NCBI GenBank assembly: GCA_963801165.1
Contig: CAWDDT010000009.1
Location: forward strand, 480,001-544,000
Length of the DNA stretch: 64,000 bases
Origin: an uncultured bacterium
GTDB lineage: Bacteria > Actinomycetota > Acidimicrobiia > Spongiisociales > UBA5794
Reading direction: 5' to 3'
Each line of letters opens with the position of its first letter. Positions within the stretch are counted from its first letter, which is position 1. The position numbers and the translations under genes are program-made. Below the pieces are notes generated by a model. That model made no database searches, was not told the origin of the DNA, and saw nothing but the letters and a program-made list of their open reading frames with translations. Shown here piece after piece: positions 52,767 through 62,203 of the stretch.

Positions 52767-55523
52767 GTGGATCCAATCACCGCTCTCGGGCGCTCCGTCG
52801 TCGTCAACCCCGGTGAACCTGCGCCTGAGCCGTGGGTCGGCTCGCCCAGGGTGGCCATCACCGATGAGCTGCTCGCGGACCGCAAGCTCACCGACGCTGT
52901 CATCGCCGAGCTCCACTCCGCCTGGCTGGAGCGTCGACCGGTCGTCATCGAGCTCGGCGTCGCCCCGGCAGTGCTGCGTGAGGGCGAGACGACAGCACTC
53001 GACCCATGGCGGCTGCGACTCGGGTTCCTGTTTCCGAAGGAGCGGCTCCAGTTCCTGGTGTGGGTCAACAGCTACGACTATCGCAGCGGCGAGTTGATTT
53101 GGTGGTGGGGGCGCAAAGCGATGGCGCTCGGGGCAAAGGCGGGCACGACGTGCGACGTGATCCTCCCCGACGGCACCGAGGCATGGGTGGACGGGGGACC
53201 GCGAGGTCCTGTGCCCGGCGCCCCGATCGTCGCCGTGGAGTCGGTGACGCTCGGTCGGCTGGAGGTTGCGCCGGATGTGACGGCATCGGCGCTGGCGGGG
53301 CTCGCCCCCGACCAGGCCGCCGCGGCGAGCCACCTCTCTGGACCGGCGCGAATCATCGCCCCGGCAGGGTCGGGGAAAACGAGAACGTTGATCGCCCGGC
53401 TGCGCCACCTGGTGGACGATCGAGGCGTCGAACCGGACATCATCTGTGCTCTCGCCTACAACAACCGGGCTGCCGCCGAGATGCGAGAGCGGCTCGGCTA
53501 TCGGCGCGGTCTCGAGGTGCGGACGATCCACTCGCTTGGCTGGGAGATACTCCGCCAGGCGCGGGGGACCCTGAGCCTGCTCGACGAACGCGAGCAGCGC
53601 CGGCGCCTCGACGGGCTGATCGAGGCGCCGCGGCGGCAGAACACCGATGTCATCGGTCCCTATCTCGAAGCGCTCGGTGAAGTGCGTATCGGGCTGCGCC
53701 CACCCGACGACGTCGAGCAGTTCCGCGACGATGTTCCCGACTTCGCCCGTGTTTACGAGAAGTACCGCCGCCTGCTGGCCGGCCGTGGTGAGGCCGATTT
53801 CGACGAGCAGGTCTACGGAGCCATCGAGGCGCTGCTGACCAACGCCGAGCTGCGCCACTACTGGCAAGATCGGTGCCGCCACATGGTCGTCGACGAGTTC
53901 CAGGACTTGACCCCCGCCTACGTTCTCCTCATCCGGCTGCTGGCCAGTCCTCGATTGGATGTGTTCGGCGTTGGCGACGACGACCAGGTCATCTACGGCT
54001 ATCTCGGGGCAGATCCCGGCTATCTCATCGACTATGCCGAGTTGTTCCCGGGCGCCGAGTCACATCCGCTAGAGGTCAACTACCGGTGCCCGCCTTCTGT
54101 GGTGCAGGCGGCGGCGACGTTGCTCAGGTATAACGATCGCAGAGTCGACAAGGTCATCCGCTCCGGCAAGAACGACGAGCAGGCAGATGCGTTGACGATC
54201 GAGCGGGTGCCGGGGCTCGAGGCGGGTCTCCGCTGTGCCGTTCAGGTGGGCAAGTGGCTCGAGAACACAGCGCCCACCGACATCGCCGTGCTCTGCCGGG
54301 TCAACTCGGCGTTGTTGCCGGTCCACGTGGCCTTCGCCGAGGCGGGGATTCCGTTCCGGTCACCGCTCGGCCGGGAGGTGCTCGAGCGGACCGTGCTCGC
54401 TGCCGCCCTCGCCTGGATACGGATCGGCCTCCGGCCCGACGACATCAGCACGTCCGACCTGATGAAGGTGGTGCGCCGGCCGTCCCGGGGCCTGACCAGG
54501 AGCACTGCCCAGCTCGTGGAGCGCCGCCGCCGGGTTTCGCTTGCAGACCTGGCGGGGCTCGGCAACCGGCTCGACGGCAAGCAGGGGACTCGGTGGGACG
54601 AGTTCCTCGACGACCTGGAGCGGGTCGCCGATGTGGCCGCGGGTGGTGATTCGCTCGCCGTGCTCGACTTCATCAACACCGAGATCGGTCTCAGCGGTGC
54701 CGCCCAGGCGCTCGATGCCGGGCGGCGCCGGGCGGACCGTTCGGCACAATCGGATGATCTGGTTGCCCTTCGTCGTGCCGCGGTGTTGCATCGTGAGCTC
54801 TCTGATTTCGAGTCGTGGCTGGGCGAGATGCTGAGCCGTCCGGATGACCGCGACGGGGTCGAGCTGAGCACGGTACACAAGGTCAAGGGCATGGAATGGG
54901 ACCGGGTGGTCGTGTTTGGAGCCGACCGTGGTCTGTTACCCCACGACCTCGCCGAGGACCCCGAGGAGGAGCGGCGCGTGTTCCATGTGGCGATAACGCG
55001 GGCCAGGAAGCAGGTAGTGGTGCTAGCCGACAGGTCCGCCCCCTCACCGTTCCTCGATGAGATGGCAGGGGCGGCTCGCAAGCCGGCGGCCCGGTCGACG
55101 ACACCGGCCGGCGTAGGTGCCGTGAGTGCCGCCGTCGGAGACCGGGTGCGCATCCCCGGCGGTTACGCCGGGGTGATCGCCGAGTTCGAGGAGAAAGGGG
55201 CGCTCGTGGCCACGGATTCCGGAGCCATGGTCCTCGTCGAATGGGGCGAGACCATTGCCACACCGGGCGGATCGGGCCCGCTGGTCCGCCCGGTCGACGC
55301 CGGCCCGGTCGACGAGGAGCTGGTGGCAGTCCTCAAGCAATGGCGGCGCGATACCGCGGCGGTCGCCTCGGTGCCGGCTTACGTCGTGATGAGCGACAAG
55401 ACACTGATGGCGATAGCCGCCAAGCGTCCCCAGAACGAGCGGGAGCTGATCATGATCCCGGGCATCGGGCCGGCGAAGCTCGAGGCATATGGGGACGAGA
55501 TACTGGCGCTCTGCGCCGGATAG
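52767..55523 (+). CDS. UvrD/REP-family helicase with C-terminal HRDC domain
   Basis: APAGSGKT, VDEFQD, VGDDDQ.IY, NYR, TVHKVKGMEW, EERRVFHVAITRAR, WR......VPAYVV..GIGPAK. Confidence 0.95.
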   Translation: MDPITALGRSVVVNPGEPAPEPWVGSPRVAITDELLADRKLTDAVIAELHSAWLERRPVVIELGVAPAVLREGETTALDPWRLRLGFLFPKERLQFLVWVNSYDYRSGELIWWWGRKAMALGAKAGTTCDVILPDGTEAWVDGGPRGPVPGAPIVAVESVTLGRLEVAPDVTASALAGLAPDQAAAASHLSGPARIIAPAGSGKTRTLIARLRHLVDDRGVEPDIICALAYNNRAAAEMRERLGYRRGLEVRTIHSLGWEILRQARGTLSLLDEREQRRRLDGLIEAPRRQNTDVIGPYLEALGEVRIGLRPPDDVEQFRDDVPDFARVYEKYRRLLAGRGEADFDEQVYGAIEALLTNAELRHYWQDRCRHMVVDEFQDLTPAYVLLIRLLASPRLDVFGVGDDDQVIYGYLGADPGYLIDYAELFPGAESHPLEVNYRCPPSVVQAAATLLRYNDRRVDKVIRSGKNDEQADALTIERVPGLEAGLRCAVQVGKWLENTAPTDIAVLCRVNSALLPVHVAFAEAGIPFRSPLGREVLERTVLAAALAWIRIGLRPDDISTSDLMKVVRRPSRGLTRSTAQLVERRRRVSLADLAGLGNRLDGKQGTRWDEFLDDLERVADVAAGGDSLAVLDFINTEIGLSGAAQALDAGRRRADRSAQSDDLVALRRAAVLHRELSDFESWLGEMLSRPDDRDGVELSTVHKVKGMEWDRVVVFGADRGLLPHDLAEDPEEERRVFHVAITRARKQVVVLADRSAPSPFLDEMAGAARKPAARSTTPAGVGAVSAAVGDRVRIPGGYAGVIAEFEEKGALVATDSGAMVLVEWGETIATPGGSGPLVRPVDAGPVDEELVAVLKQWRRDTAAVASVPAYVVMSDKTLMAIAAKRPQNERELIMIPGIGPAKLEAYGDEILALCAG

Positions 55524-55555
55524 CCTGCGCTGGAAACCACCGCGATGATGCCGAC

Positions 55556-56548
55556 TCAGCTCTGCTGAGGCGGCCCCCCTGCCCCCGCCTGCGGCGGCGG
55601 TACTTTCCCCCCACCTTCGGTTGGGGGACTGACGGCCGGGTCGCCACCCCGGGTGGGGGACCGAAGCTCGATCGGGCCCTGGAAGTAGGTACGCACCGTC
55701 GGGTAGGCGAGTTCGACATCGGGCTCGTTATCGAGGGCGTCGAGGATGGTTTCCCAGATCGACTGCTCCGTGTTGCGTTGCCTTCTCGCGTCCACGAGGA
55801 AACGCGCCGTGAACAAGACTCCGCTGTCCTGGACGGACAGATACACGATCGGAGTCAGCGCACCGATACGGATGTGATAGGTACGTGCGGTCTCCCGGAT
55901 CAATGCCCCCGCCTCTCGCTCGACGTTTGGGGCGTGGTCCCGAACCGCACTCTCGACGATCTCGCGAGCACGGGTGCGGTCGGACTCGAAGGTGACGAGC
56001 ATGGGGATCTCCTGCCAAATGAAGTCGAATCCCTCCGTGTAGTTGGCCACCTGATGGGTGAACACGAGGCCGTTGGGGATGTGGACGAGCCGGCCGGTCG
56101 ACTGCTCGGCGTCGACCCAGTTACCGACCTCCATCAGCGAGAACCGGAAGAGGCGGACGTCGACGACGTCCCCCTTGGTGCCGGCAACCTCTATCCGGTC
56201 ACCCACCCGAAACGGTCTCCTGCTCCAGATGTAGATCCATCCGGCGAGGTTCTTCAGCACGTCGGCCAGGGCGATGGCGATACCGGCGGAGACAAGACCA
56301 AGGAAGGTCGGCAGGTCGTTGAAGGCATCGATCCAGATCCAAGCGATCCCGATAGCGCCGATGACCGTCGTCGTGTAATTGGCAACCTTGCGGGCCCGAT
56401 AGCCCACCCAGGCTTCTTCGAATCGCTTGTGGATGGTGCTCAGCACCAACCAACGACCGAGCGACAGCACCAGGATCGTAACGACGGACGCGATCAGCTT
56501 GTTCTGTATCTGGTGGTCGAGACCGAGGATCACAGCGAGTGGGAGCAT
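55556..56548 (-). CDS. Small-conductance mechanosensitive channel (MscS family)
   Basis: GLVSAGIAIAL, RPFRVGDRIE, GDV.D, IPN, AYPT. Confidence 0.9.
   Translation of the reverse strand: MLPLAVILGLDHQIQNKLIASVVTILVLSLGRWLVLSTIHKRFEEAWVGYRARKVANYTTTVIGAIGIAWIWIDAFNDLPTFLGLVSAGIAIALADVLKNLAGWIYIWSRRPFRVGDRIEVAGTKGDVVDVRLFRFSLMEVGNWVDAEQSTGRLVHIPNGLVFTHQVANYTEGFDFIWQEIPMLVTFESDRTRAREIVESAVRDHAPNVEREAGALIRETARTYHIRIGALTPIVYLSVQDSGVLFTARFLVDARRQRNTEQSIWETILDALDNEPDVELAYPTVRTYFQGPIELRSPTRGGDPAVSPPTEGGGKVPPPQAGAGGPPQQS
55574..55660. repeat. REP-like palindromic element inside the MscS 3' end
   Basis: CCCCCCTG-CCCCCGCCtgcGGCGGCGG-TACTT-TCCCCCCaccttcggtTGGGGGA, double-hairpin architecture. Confidence 0.55.
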
Positions 56549-57112
56549 TTAGCGAATGTTACCGAGAGTGAACACTGCCCACATCTTCAGATATCGCTCG
56601 AGCGATTCGGTGGCGAGCGCTACATCGCCGCCTGCGGCGATCTCCAGCAGCAGTCCGCGGACGACGGCGACGCCCAATCTGAGCTCGGCCTCATTCGGCT
56701 CTATCCCGAGCCGTGCCGAGACATCCGAGGCGACTCTGATCCACGGTTCGGTGAGATTGGCCACGAACTCCTCGGTGCCCGGCTGACCCCGGGAGGCATA
56801 TGCCAGCACTTCGAAGAACAAACGGATGAACGGAAGCAGAGCGGGATCGGTCAATTGAGCCCATTGCATGCGCACCAGAGCCGTCGGTGAGTCGGCGACC
56901 TCTGCCAGGTCCTCGAGGGCGACCCGCTGCTGGGTCTCGATCGTGGTGACAATGGCGGCGATCAGACCCTCCCGGGACCCGAAGTGATAGATGAGCATCC
57001 GGTGGCTGGTCCCGATGCCCGAGGCCAGGGTGCGCAGGCTCGCGTCGATCATGCCATTGGCGGCGACATATGCGATGACCCGGTCGAGCAGGTCCTGGCG
57101 GGCGGAGGACAT
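56549..57112 (-). CDS. TetR/AcrR family regulator
   Basis: SLRTLASGIGTSHRMLIYHFGSREGL. Confidence 0.93.
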   Translation of the reverse strand: MSSARQDLLDRVIAYVAANGMIDASLRTLASGIGTSHRMLIYHFGSREGLIAAIVTTIETQQRVALEDLAEVADSPTALVRMQWAQLTDPALLPFIRLFFEVLAYASRGQPGTEEFVANLTEPWIRVASDVSARLGIEPNEAELRLGVAVVRGLLLEIAAGGDVALATESLERYLKMWAVFTLGNIR

Positions 57113-57130
57113 GCACCAAGGATAGAGAAC

Positions 57131-57146
57131 TGTACCGCTTGGTACA
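57131..57146. promoter_or_regulatory. Probable TetR operator
   Basis: TGTACC-GCTT-GGTACA between divergent leaderless promoters. Confidence 0.7.
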
Positions 57147-57167
57147 AATGCCTGGTAGGGTCATGGC

Positions 57168-57602
57168 ATGGATATCACAGACACACTCGACATAGCCGCA
57201 GCTCCTGACGACGTGTGGGCCCTAACAATGGACGTCGAGCGCTGGCCGGCGATGACGCCAACGATGACCTCGGTAGAGAAGCTCGACGACGGGCCCGTCG
57301 GTCTGGGGAGCCGTGCGCGCATAAAGCAGCCGGGAATGCGGCCGGCGGTATGGACCGTCACCGACTTCGAACCGGCAAGGCTGTTCGCCTGGGAGACCAA
57401 ACTCGGAACGGTGAGGCTCCGAGGGGAGCATCATCTCGAAGCGACGGATGGCGGGTGCCGGAACACGCTCTCGGTCGAGCTGTCGGGTCTCGGCAGCGGC
57501 ATCCTCCGCATGGTCGCCGGGAGGCGACTCCGGGACGCCATTGCCACCGAGAACAGGGGCTTCAAGCAGACGGCGGAGACCGCCGCAAGGTCAGATTCCT
57601 AG
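57168..57602 (+). CDS. SRPBCC family protein
   Basis: IAAAPDDVW....DVERWP, G.GS.ARIKQP, FAW, E..G.K..AE. Confidence 0.88.
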   Translation: MDITDTLDIAAAPDDVWALTMDVERWPAMTPTMTSVEKLDDGPVGLGSRARIKQPGMRPAVWTVTDFEPARLFAWETKLGTVRLRGEHHLEATDGGCRNTLSVELSGLGSGILRMVAGRRLRDAIATENRGFKQTAETAARSDS

Positions 57603-58579
57603 GCACCCACCACCTTGGCGGCGGTCTCACCTAGCAGCGCGACCCGCTCGGGAATGTGGCCGTTCGCCGGCAGGTTGATGGTGAACCCATCGATGCCGAG
57701 TGCCAACTCCTTGCTGAGCCTCTCGCCGACGGTGTCGGGGTCGCCAAAGATGAATCGTCCCTGGAGCTGCGATTTCGCCTCGTCGTCCAGGGTCGACAAG
57801 TCGAAGCCCCGGCCTGCCAGATAGGCGCCGAGGTCGGCCTCGGCCTCCTCCATCGTGGGTGCGATGCAGGCGTTGCGTTGCCATGACACGGTGATTTCAG
57901 ACCGATCCCGGCCGAGTGTCTCGCAGTGCTCGTCGAGCGCTTCCAGCTTGCGGGGAACGTCCTGAGGGGCGCAGATGAGATTAGAGTCGTCGGCGTACTG
58001 CGCCACCATGCGCAGAGTCTTCTTCTCACCGGCGCCGCCGATCATCACCGGGATGCGCCCCACCGGGGGTGGCTGGTTGATGACATCCTTGACCTGGTAG
58101 TGCTTGCCGTCGAGGGTCGGGCGCTCGCCGCGCAACATGGGGAGCACGATATTGAGCGATTCCTCGAGCTTCTCGAACCGATCGGTGAACGTCCCGAAGG
58201 GGATCCCAAACGAGTCATGCTCGAGCTCGTACCAACCGGCGCCGATCCCGAGCTGTGCTCGTCCACCGGAGACGATGTCGAGTGCCGTCACCGTCTTGGC
58301 GAGAACGGCCGGATAGCGGTAGGTGTTGCCCGTCACCAGCGACCCGAGACGCACATTCGTGGTCTCCCGCGCCAGGCCCGCCAGCAGCGTGTAGCACTCG
58401 ATCATGTAGTCATCCGGGTTGCCCAGCATGGGAAGCTGATAGAAGTGATCCATCAACAGCACCGTGTCGAACCCGGAGGTGTCGGCTTCCTTCGCCTGGC
58501 GGGCGATGGCCTCGAACAGCCCGGAGGGACCTACATCGGGGTAGGTGAAGTTGGGAATCTGGTATCCGAGCTTGGTCAT
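57599..58579 (-). CDS. LLM-class F420-dependent oxidoreductase
   Basis: GFD...MDHFYQ, LVTGNTYR.PAVLAK, GIGAGW.E.EH, IGG.GEKKTL; AAGGAG RBS. Confidence 0.92.
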   Translation of the reverse strand: MTKLGYQIPNFTYPDVGPSGLFEAIARQAKEADTSGFDTVLLMDHFYQLPMLGNPDDYMIECYTLLAGLARETTNVRLGSLVTGNTYRYPAVLAKTVTALDIVSGGRAQLGIGAGWYELEHDSFGIPFGTFTDRFEKLEESLNIVLPMLRGERPTLDGKHYQVKDVINQPPPVGRIPVMIGGAGEKKTLRMVAQYADDSNLICAPQDVPRKLEALDEHCETLGRDRSEITVSWQRNACIAPTMEEAEADLGAYLAGRGFDLSTLDDEAKSQLQGRFIFGDPDTVGERLSKELALGIDGFTINLPANGHIPERVALLGETAAKVVGA

Positions 58580-58710
58580 GCCTGGCTCCTTCCGTGCGGC
58601 ATTCGACACGCTGACCCTACTCAACCATGGGGGCGAGAAAGCCGTGCCGTTCGGCGTCGACTGTGCAAGACCAACCCAATCCTGAGTCCCGGGGCGAGGG
58701 AGAGAGGGTT

Positions 58711-59829
58711 CTATTCGCCCACGCTGATCTTCAGGTCTCGCGCCGTTTGCAGCCACGGGTGATCGAGTGGAACCGTCTTTCTGCGTCCTGCGACGTCCTC
58801 GAGGGGGACGGTTACGCACTCGCCGTTCTGCATCGCGACCATCACCCCGGACTTGCCGGCAGCGATGAAGTCGGCACAGGCGGCGCCGAGACGGGTTGCC
58901 AGCAGCCGGTCGCTCGGCGACGGCGTGCCGCCCCTTTGCACATGACCCAGGATCGTGACCCGGGACTCGAGACCGGTGAGCGTCTCGAGGTTCCTGGCGA
59001 GCGTTGCCGTGTGGCTCTGGCTGTCCCTGGCGATGAGCGCGAGCGTCTCTTCCGCCTTGGTGGCCACTTCCTCGTTGTCGGAGCCCTTCTCCTCGAGAGC
59101 CTTGTCCCGCACCGCGGCGACCTCGCGGGAGGTGGCGCCCTCCGAGATGACGACGATGCTGAACGTGCTTCCCTTGGCACGGCGGTCGAGGACGGCCTCG
59201 GCGATCCCCTCGATTCGGTATGGGATCTCGGGGATGAGGATCACGTCGCCACCACCGGCGAGACCGGCGCCGAGTGCGATCCACCCGGTGTTGTGACCCA
59301 TCACCTCGACAAGCACGATGCGGTGATGCGAGTGTGCCGTCGAGTGAAGCCGGTCGATCGCTTCCGTGGCAATGCCCATCGCCGTGTCGAAGCCCAGCGT
59401 CGTGTCGGTGTGGACCAGATCGTTGTCGATGGTCTTGGGCAGCGTCAGAACCGGGACCCCCTTTTCTGCGAGCCGCATCGCGTTCTTGGCGGTTCCGCCT
59501 CCACCGAGACATACCAGAGCATCGAGTTGGTGGCCCTCGATGTTCTCGATCATCAAGTCGGTCATGTCGAGGACCTTGCCGCCGACGTCCATTTTGTGCG
59601 GCTTGTCGCGGCTGGTACCGAGGAAGGTACCGCCCTTGGTGAGGATGCCCGAGAGCGCGCTGCTGTCGAGACGGATAAACCGGTTCTGCATCAAGCCACG
59701 GAACCCGTCCCGGAAGCCGATCACGGCCATGTCGTGGGTTCGGATCGCTGCCTTGCCCAACCCACGCATCGCAGCATTCAGTCCCGGGGAATCGCCGCCC
59801 GCGGTCAGGATTCCGATCTGCTTGGTCAT
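58711..59829 (-). CDS. pfkA: 6-phosphofructokinase (group III type)
   Basis: [46 protein letters not shown]. Confidence 0.93.
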   Translation of the reverse strand: MTKQIGILTAGGDSPGLNAAMRGLGKAAIRTHDMAVIGFRDGFRGLMQNRFIRLDSSALSGILTKGGTFLGTSRDKPHKMDVGGKVLDMTDLMIENIEGHQLDALVCLGGGGTAKNAMRLAEKGVPVLTLPKTIDNDLVHTDTTLGFDTAMGIATEAIDRLHSTAHSHHRIVLVEVMGHNTGWIALGAGLAGGGDVILIPEIPYRIEGIAEAVLDRRAKGSTFSIVVISEGATSREVAAVRDKALEEKGSDNEEVATKAEETLALIARDSQSHTATLARNLETLTGLESRVTILGHVQRGGTPSPSDRLLATRLGAACADFIAAGKSGVMVAMQNGECVTVPLEDVAGRRKTVPLDHPWLQTARDLKISVGE

Positions 59830-59918
59830 GCTCCCTCTCCGAATTGCCTCTGTGCCCGATCATACGCGCATAGCGAGCACGAGGTCGGGAGCCCTGGCAA
59901 CGAACTACCGTGATGCGG

Positions 59919-60374
59919 ATGGAAGACAACGCACAGAGACGTCTCGAGGTGATCGCCGACTCGCTCGGGATCGGGGTGCTGAGCCGGCACATCCTGTTGT
60001 GCGCCGAGCAGACGACACCGCGCTGCTCCACCTATGAGGACAGCTCCCGCGTGTGGGCATACCTGAAGCGCCGGCTCAAGGAGCTTGATCTGGCATCGGC
60101 GCCGCCGGGATGGCGCGGCAACGACCTGGATGATCCGCCGGGCCCGGTGCCCGGTCCTGGTGGGTCGGTGCTGCGCACCAAGGTCGACTGCTTCCGTGTG
60201 TGCGAGCGGGGCCCGATCGCTGTCGTCTACCCCGACGGCGTCTGGTACCACTCGGTCGACGAGCAGGTGATGGAGAGGATCATCACCGAGCATCTGCTGG
60301 GGGGCCGGCCCGTCGCCGAGTACGTATTTGCCTTCGACAGGCTCGGCCTCAACCCCGGCGTGGAGGGCGGGTGA
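59919..60374 (+). CDS. Thioredoxin-like [2Fe-2S] ferredoxin
   Basis: HILLC.......[29 protein letters not shown]. Confidence 0.9.
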   Translation: MEDNAQRRLEVIADSLGIGVLSRHILLCAEQTTPRCSTYEDSSRVWAYLKRRLKELDLASAPPGWRGNDLDDPPGPVPGPGGSVLRTKVDCFRVCERGPIAVVYPDGVWYHSVDEQVMERIITEHLLGGRPVAEYVFAFDRLGLNPGVEGG

Positions 60375-61291
60375 TGGCGAGGCCGTTCCGCTGGCTCAGC
60401 TACGGGGCGATCGGCTGGCTCGCCTGGCGGCTCTTCGGTCCCGAGCTGACACCGCGGTTCCGCGGCCCCCAGCACAATGCGCTGCCGGTTCCGGGGCGCA
60501 CCGTTGTGGTGGGTGAGCACGAGCTGTTCGTCCGCGAGACCGGTCCCGAAGATGCGCCGGTGCTCGTGCTGATACACGGCTGGAACCTCGACGGGGCAAT
60601 GACGTTTCACCGCATCATTCCCGGGCTCGCCCAGCGGTACCGGGTGATCGTTCCCGACCTGCGTAACCACGGTCGCAGCGATTGGGTACGGGGGAGGGTC
60701 GAGATCTCCGATCTGGCCGATGACGTCGCCGGCGTCCTCGATGCCCTGGGTGTCTCGCAGGCCACCGTGTTCGGGTACTCGATGGGAGGCATGGTTCTCC
60801 AGGAGCTCGCCCGCCGTCATCCCCGCCATGTCGAGTCGATGATCCTGGCTGCCACCGCCTCGTGCCCGATCCCCGACATGCGGATCGTCACCCGGGCCGC
60901 CTTCTGGCTCGCCAGGGGTGGGCTGCGCATATCCCTGCACGAGATCGCCAGAGCCACCGGCGAGGTTCTGCATCGCACCGGCGCAGTGCGTGACGACCAC
61001 CGCCGTTGGATGCACGAGGCCCTCATCAAAAGGGATCCGGATTTGTACTACGAGATAGGCGCCGCGGTATGGCGGTTCGACGCCCGTTCCTGGGTGGGCG
61101 ACCTACCCCAGCGGAAGCTGATCATCATCCCGACCGCTGATGAGATCGTGCCCCCGAAGGCGCAGTACGAGATGGCGTCACTGTTGCCGGGCGCCGACGT
61201 GCTCGAGTTGGAGGGCGGTCTTCACGAGTCGGTGCTCAACCGGCCACTCGAATACATCGAAGCGATCACGAAATTCGCGGAAGCGTCCTGA
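60374..61291 (+). CDS. Alpha/beta hydrolase
   Basis: LIHGW, DLRNHG.S, GYSMGG, D..VP, H. Confidence 0.9.
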   Translation: MARPFRWLSYGAIGWLAWRLFGPELTPRFRGPQHNALPVPGRTVVVGEHELFVRETGPEDAPVLVLIHGWNLDGAMTFHRIIPGLAQRYRVIVPDLRNHGRSDWVRGRVEISDLADDVAGVLDALGVSQATVFGYSMGGMVLQELARRHPRHVESMILAATASCPIPDMRIVTRAAFWLARGGLRISLHEIARATGEVLHRTGAVRDDHRRWMHEALIKRDPDLYYEIGAAVWRFDARSWVGDLPQRKLIIIPTADEIVPPKAQYEMASLLPGADVLELEGGLHESVLNRPLEYIEAITKFAEAS

Positions 61292-62077
61292 TTACTCAAG
61301 ACCCGCTAGAACCGTCTTGACTACGGCGGCGACTGCATCGGGTGCCTCGAGGACGAGGTTGTGTCCCACACCAGGAACGATCACAGGTCGTGCCCCCATC
61401 GCCTTCGCCATTGCCCTGGCGAAATCGGTGTACTTGTCGTCCAGCCCGCCGGCGAGGAACGTTGTCGGCATCGGTAGCGCGGGGAGCCGGTCGGTGACGT
61501 CGGCGACCGCAGCCTGGCCGAGTCCTCGTAGAGCCGCGGCGACTCCTGCCGCTGAGTTCTCCAACCGAAGCTCCCGATCGTTGTCACGAGCGTCGGGGTC
61601 GGCCCGCAAGGGGGCAACCAACGGATTTGCCAGCCACTCGTCGATGAAACGGACGAGGCCGATCCGCTCGATGCGTGACGCCAGCCCGGCGTCGGCGGCT
61701 TCCCGCAGTCGTCTCGCCCGTCCGATGAGCCCCGGGGAGGTAGAGATGAGGACAAGACTCCCGACCAGCGAGGGCTGGTTCAGTGCTACCTGGAGGGCGA
61801 TCCGGCCACCCTGTGAGTATCCGAGCAGGAGCGGCTTGTCGTAGCCGGCAAGCATCTGAGATAACGCATCGACAGCCGTCCGCATCGTGACCGGTGCGAT
61901 CGTCGTGCGGCCGTGTCCGGGGAGATCGGGGGCGGCTACCGGCTCCCCGAGGTGCCGTGCGAAACCTGCCCACATCCCACCGTGCAGGCTGAAACCGTGG
62001 AGGGCGACCACCCGCGGCTGCCCCGTGCCGTGGGTGCGCACCCAGAGACCGCCGTGTGCAGTGGCAATGTCGGTCAT
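61292..62077 (-). CDS. MenH-like alpha/beta hydrolase
   Basis: LHGF, DLPGHG, GYSQGGRIAL, SPGL....R..R..AD, G.LD.KY, GHN. Confidence 0.8.
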   Translation of the reverse strand: MTDIATAHGGLWVRTHGTGQPRVVALHGFSLHGGMWAGFARHLGEPVAAPDLPGHGRTTIAPVTMRTAVDALSQMLAGYDKPLLLGYSQGGRIALQVALNQPSLVGSLVLISTSPGLIGRARRLREAADAGLASRIERIGLVRFIDEWLANPLVAPLRADPDARDNDRELRLENSAAGVAAALRGLGQAAVADVTDRLPALPMPTTFLAGGLDDKYTDFARAMAKAMGARPVIVPGVGHNLVLEAPDAVAAVVKTVLAGLE

Positions 62078-62166
62078 TGCGGCGGGGGCCTATATTCGGA
62101 GTTGAGCATCCGGTAGACGACCGTCGCCCCGATGGCCGCGATCACGATGAGGATCACCTTTTTCAC
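62074..62166 (-). CDS. 30-aa single-TM small protein
   Basis: MKKVILIVIAAIGATVVYRMLNSEYRPPPQ*; -10 TATGAT 6 nt before the GTG; stop overlaps the next ATG (ATGA). Confidence 0.7.
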   Translation of the reverse strand: MKKVILIVIAAIGATVVYRMLNSEYRPPPQ

Positions 62167-62203
62167 CGCGACATCATAAGACGATGAAGCAGAGCCCGAT
62201 CTG

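Noticed and set aside
52628-53068. N-terminal extension of Fkp (1100-aa ORF)
   Set aside because: It is antisense to the helicase; Fkp similarity begins at MSVQRLISLPP (52627).
57599-60031. 810-aa ORF as one protein
   Set aside because: The N-terminal part is an alternative frame over pfkA; the real LLM gene starts at 58579 after an AAGGAG RBS.
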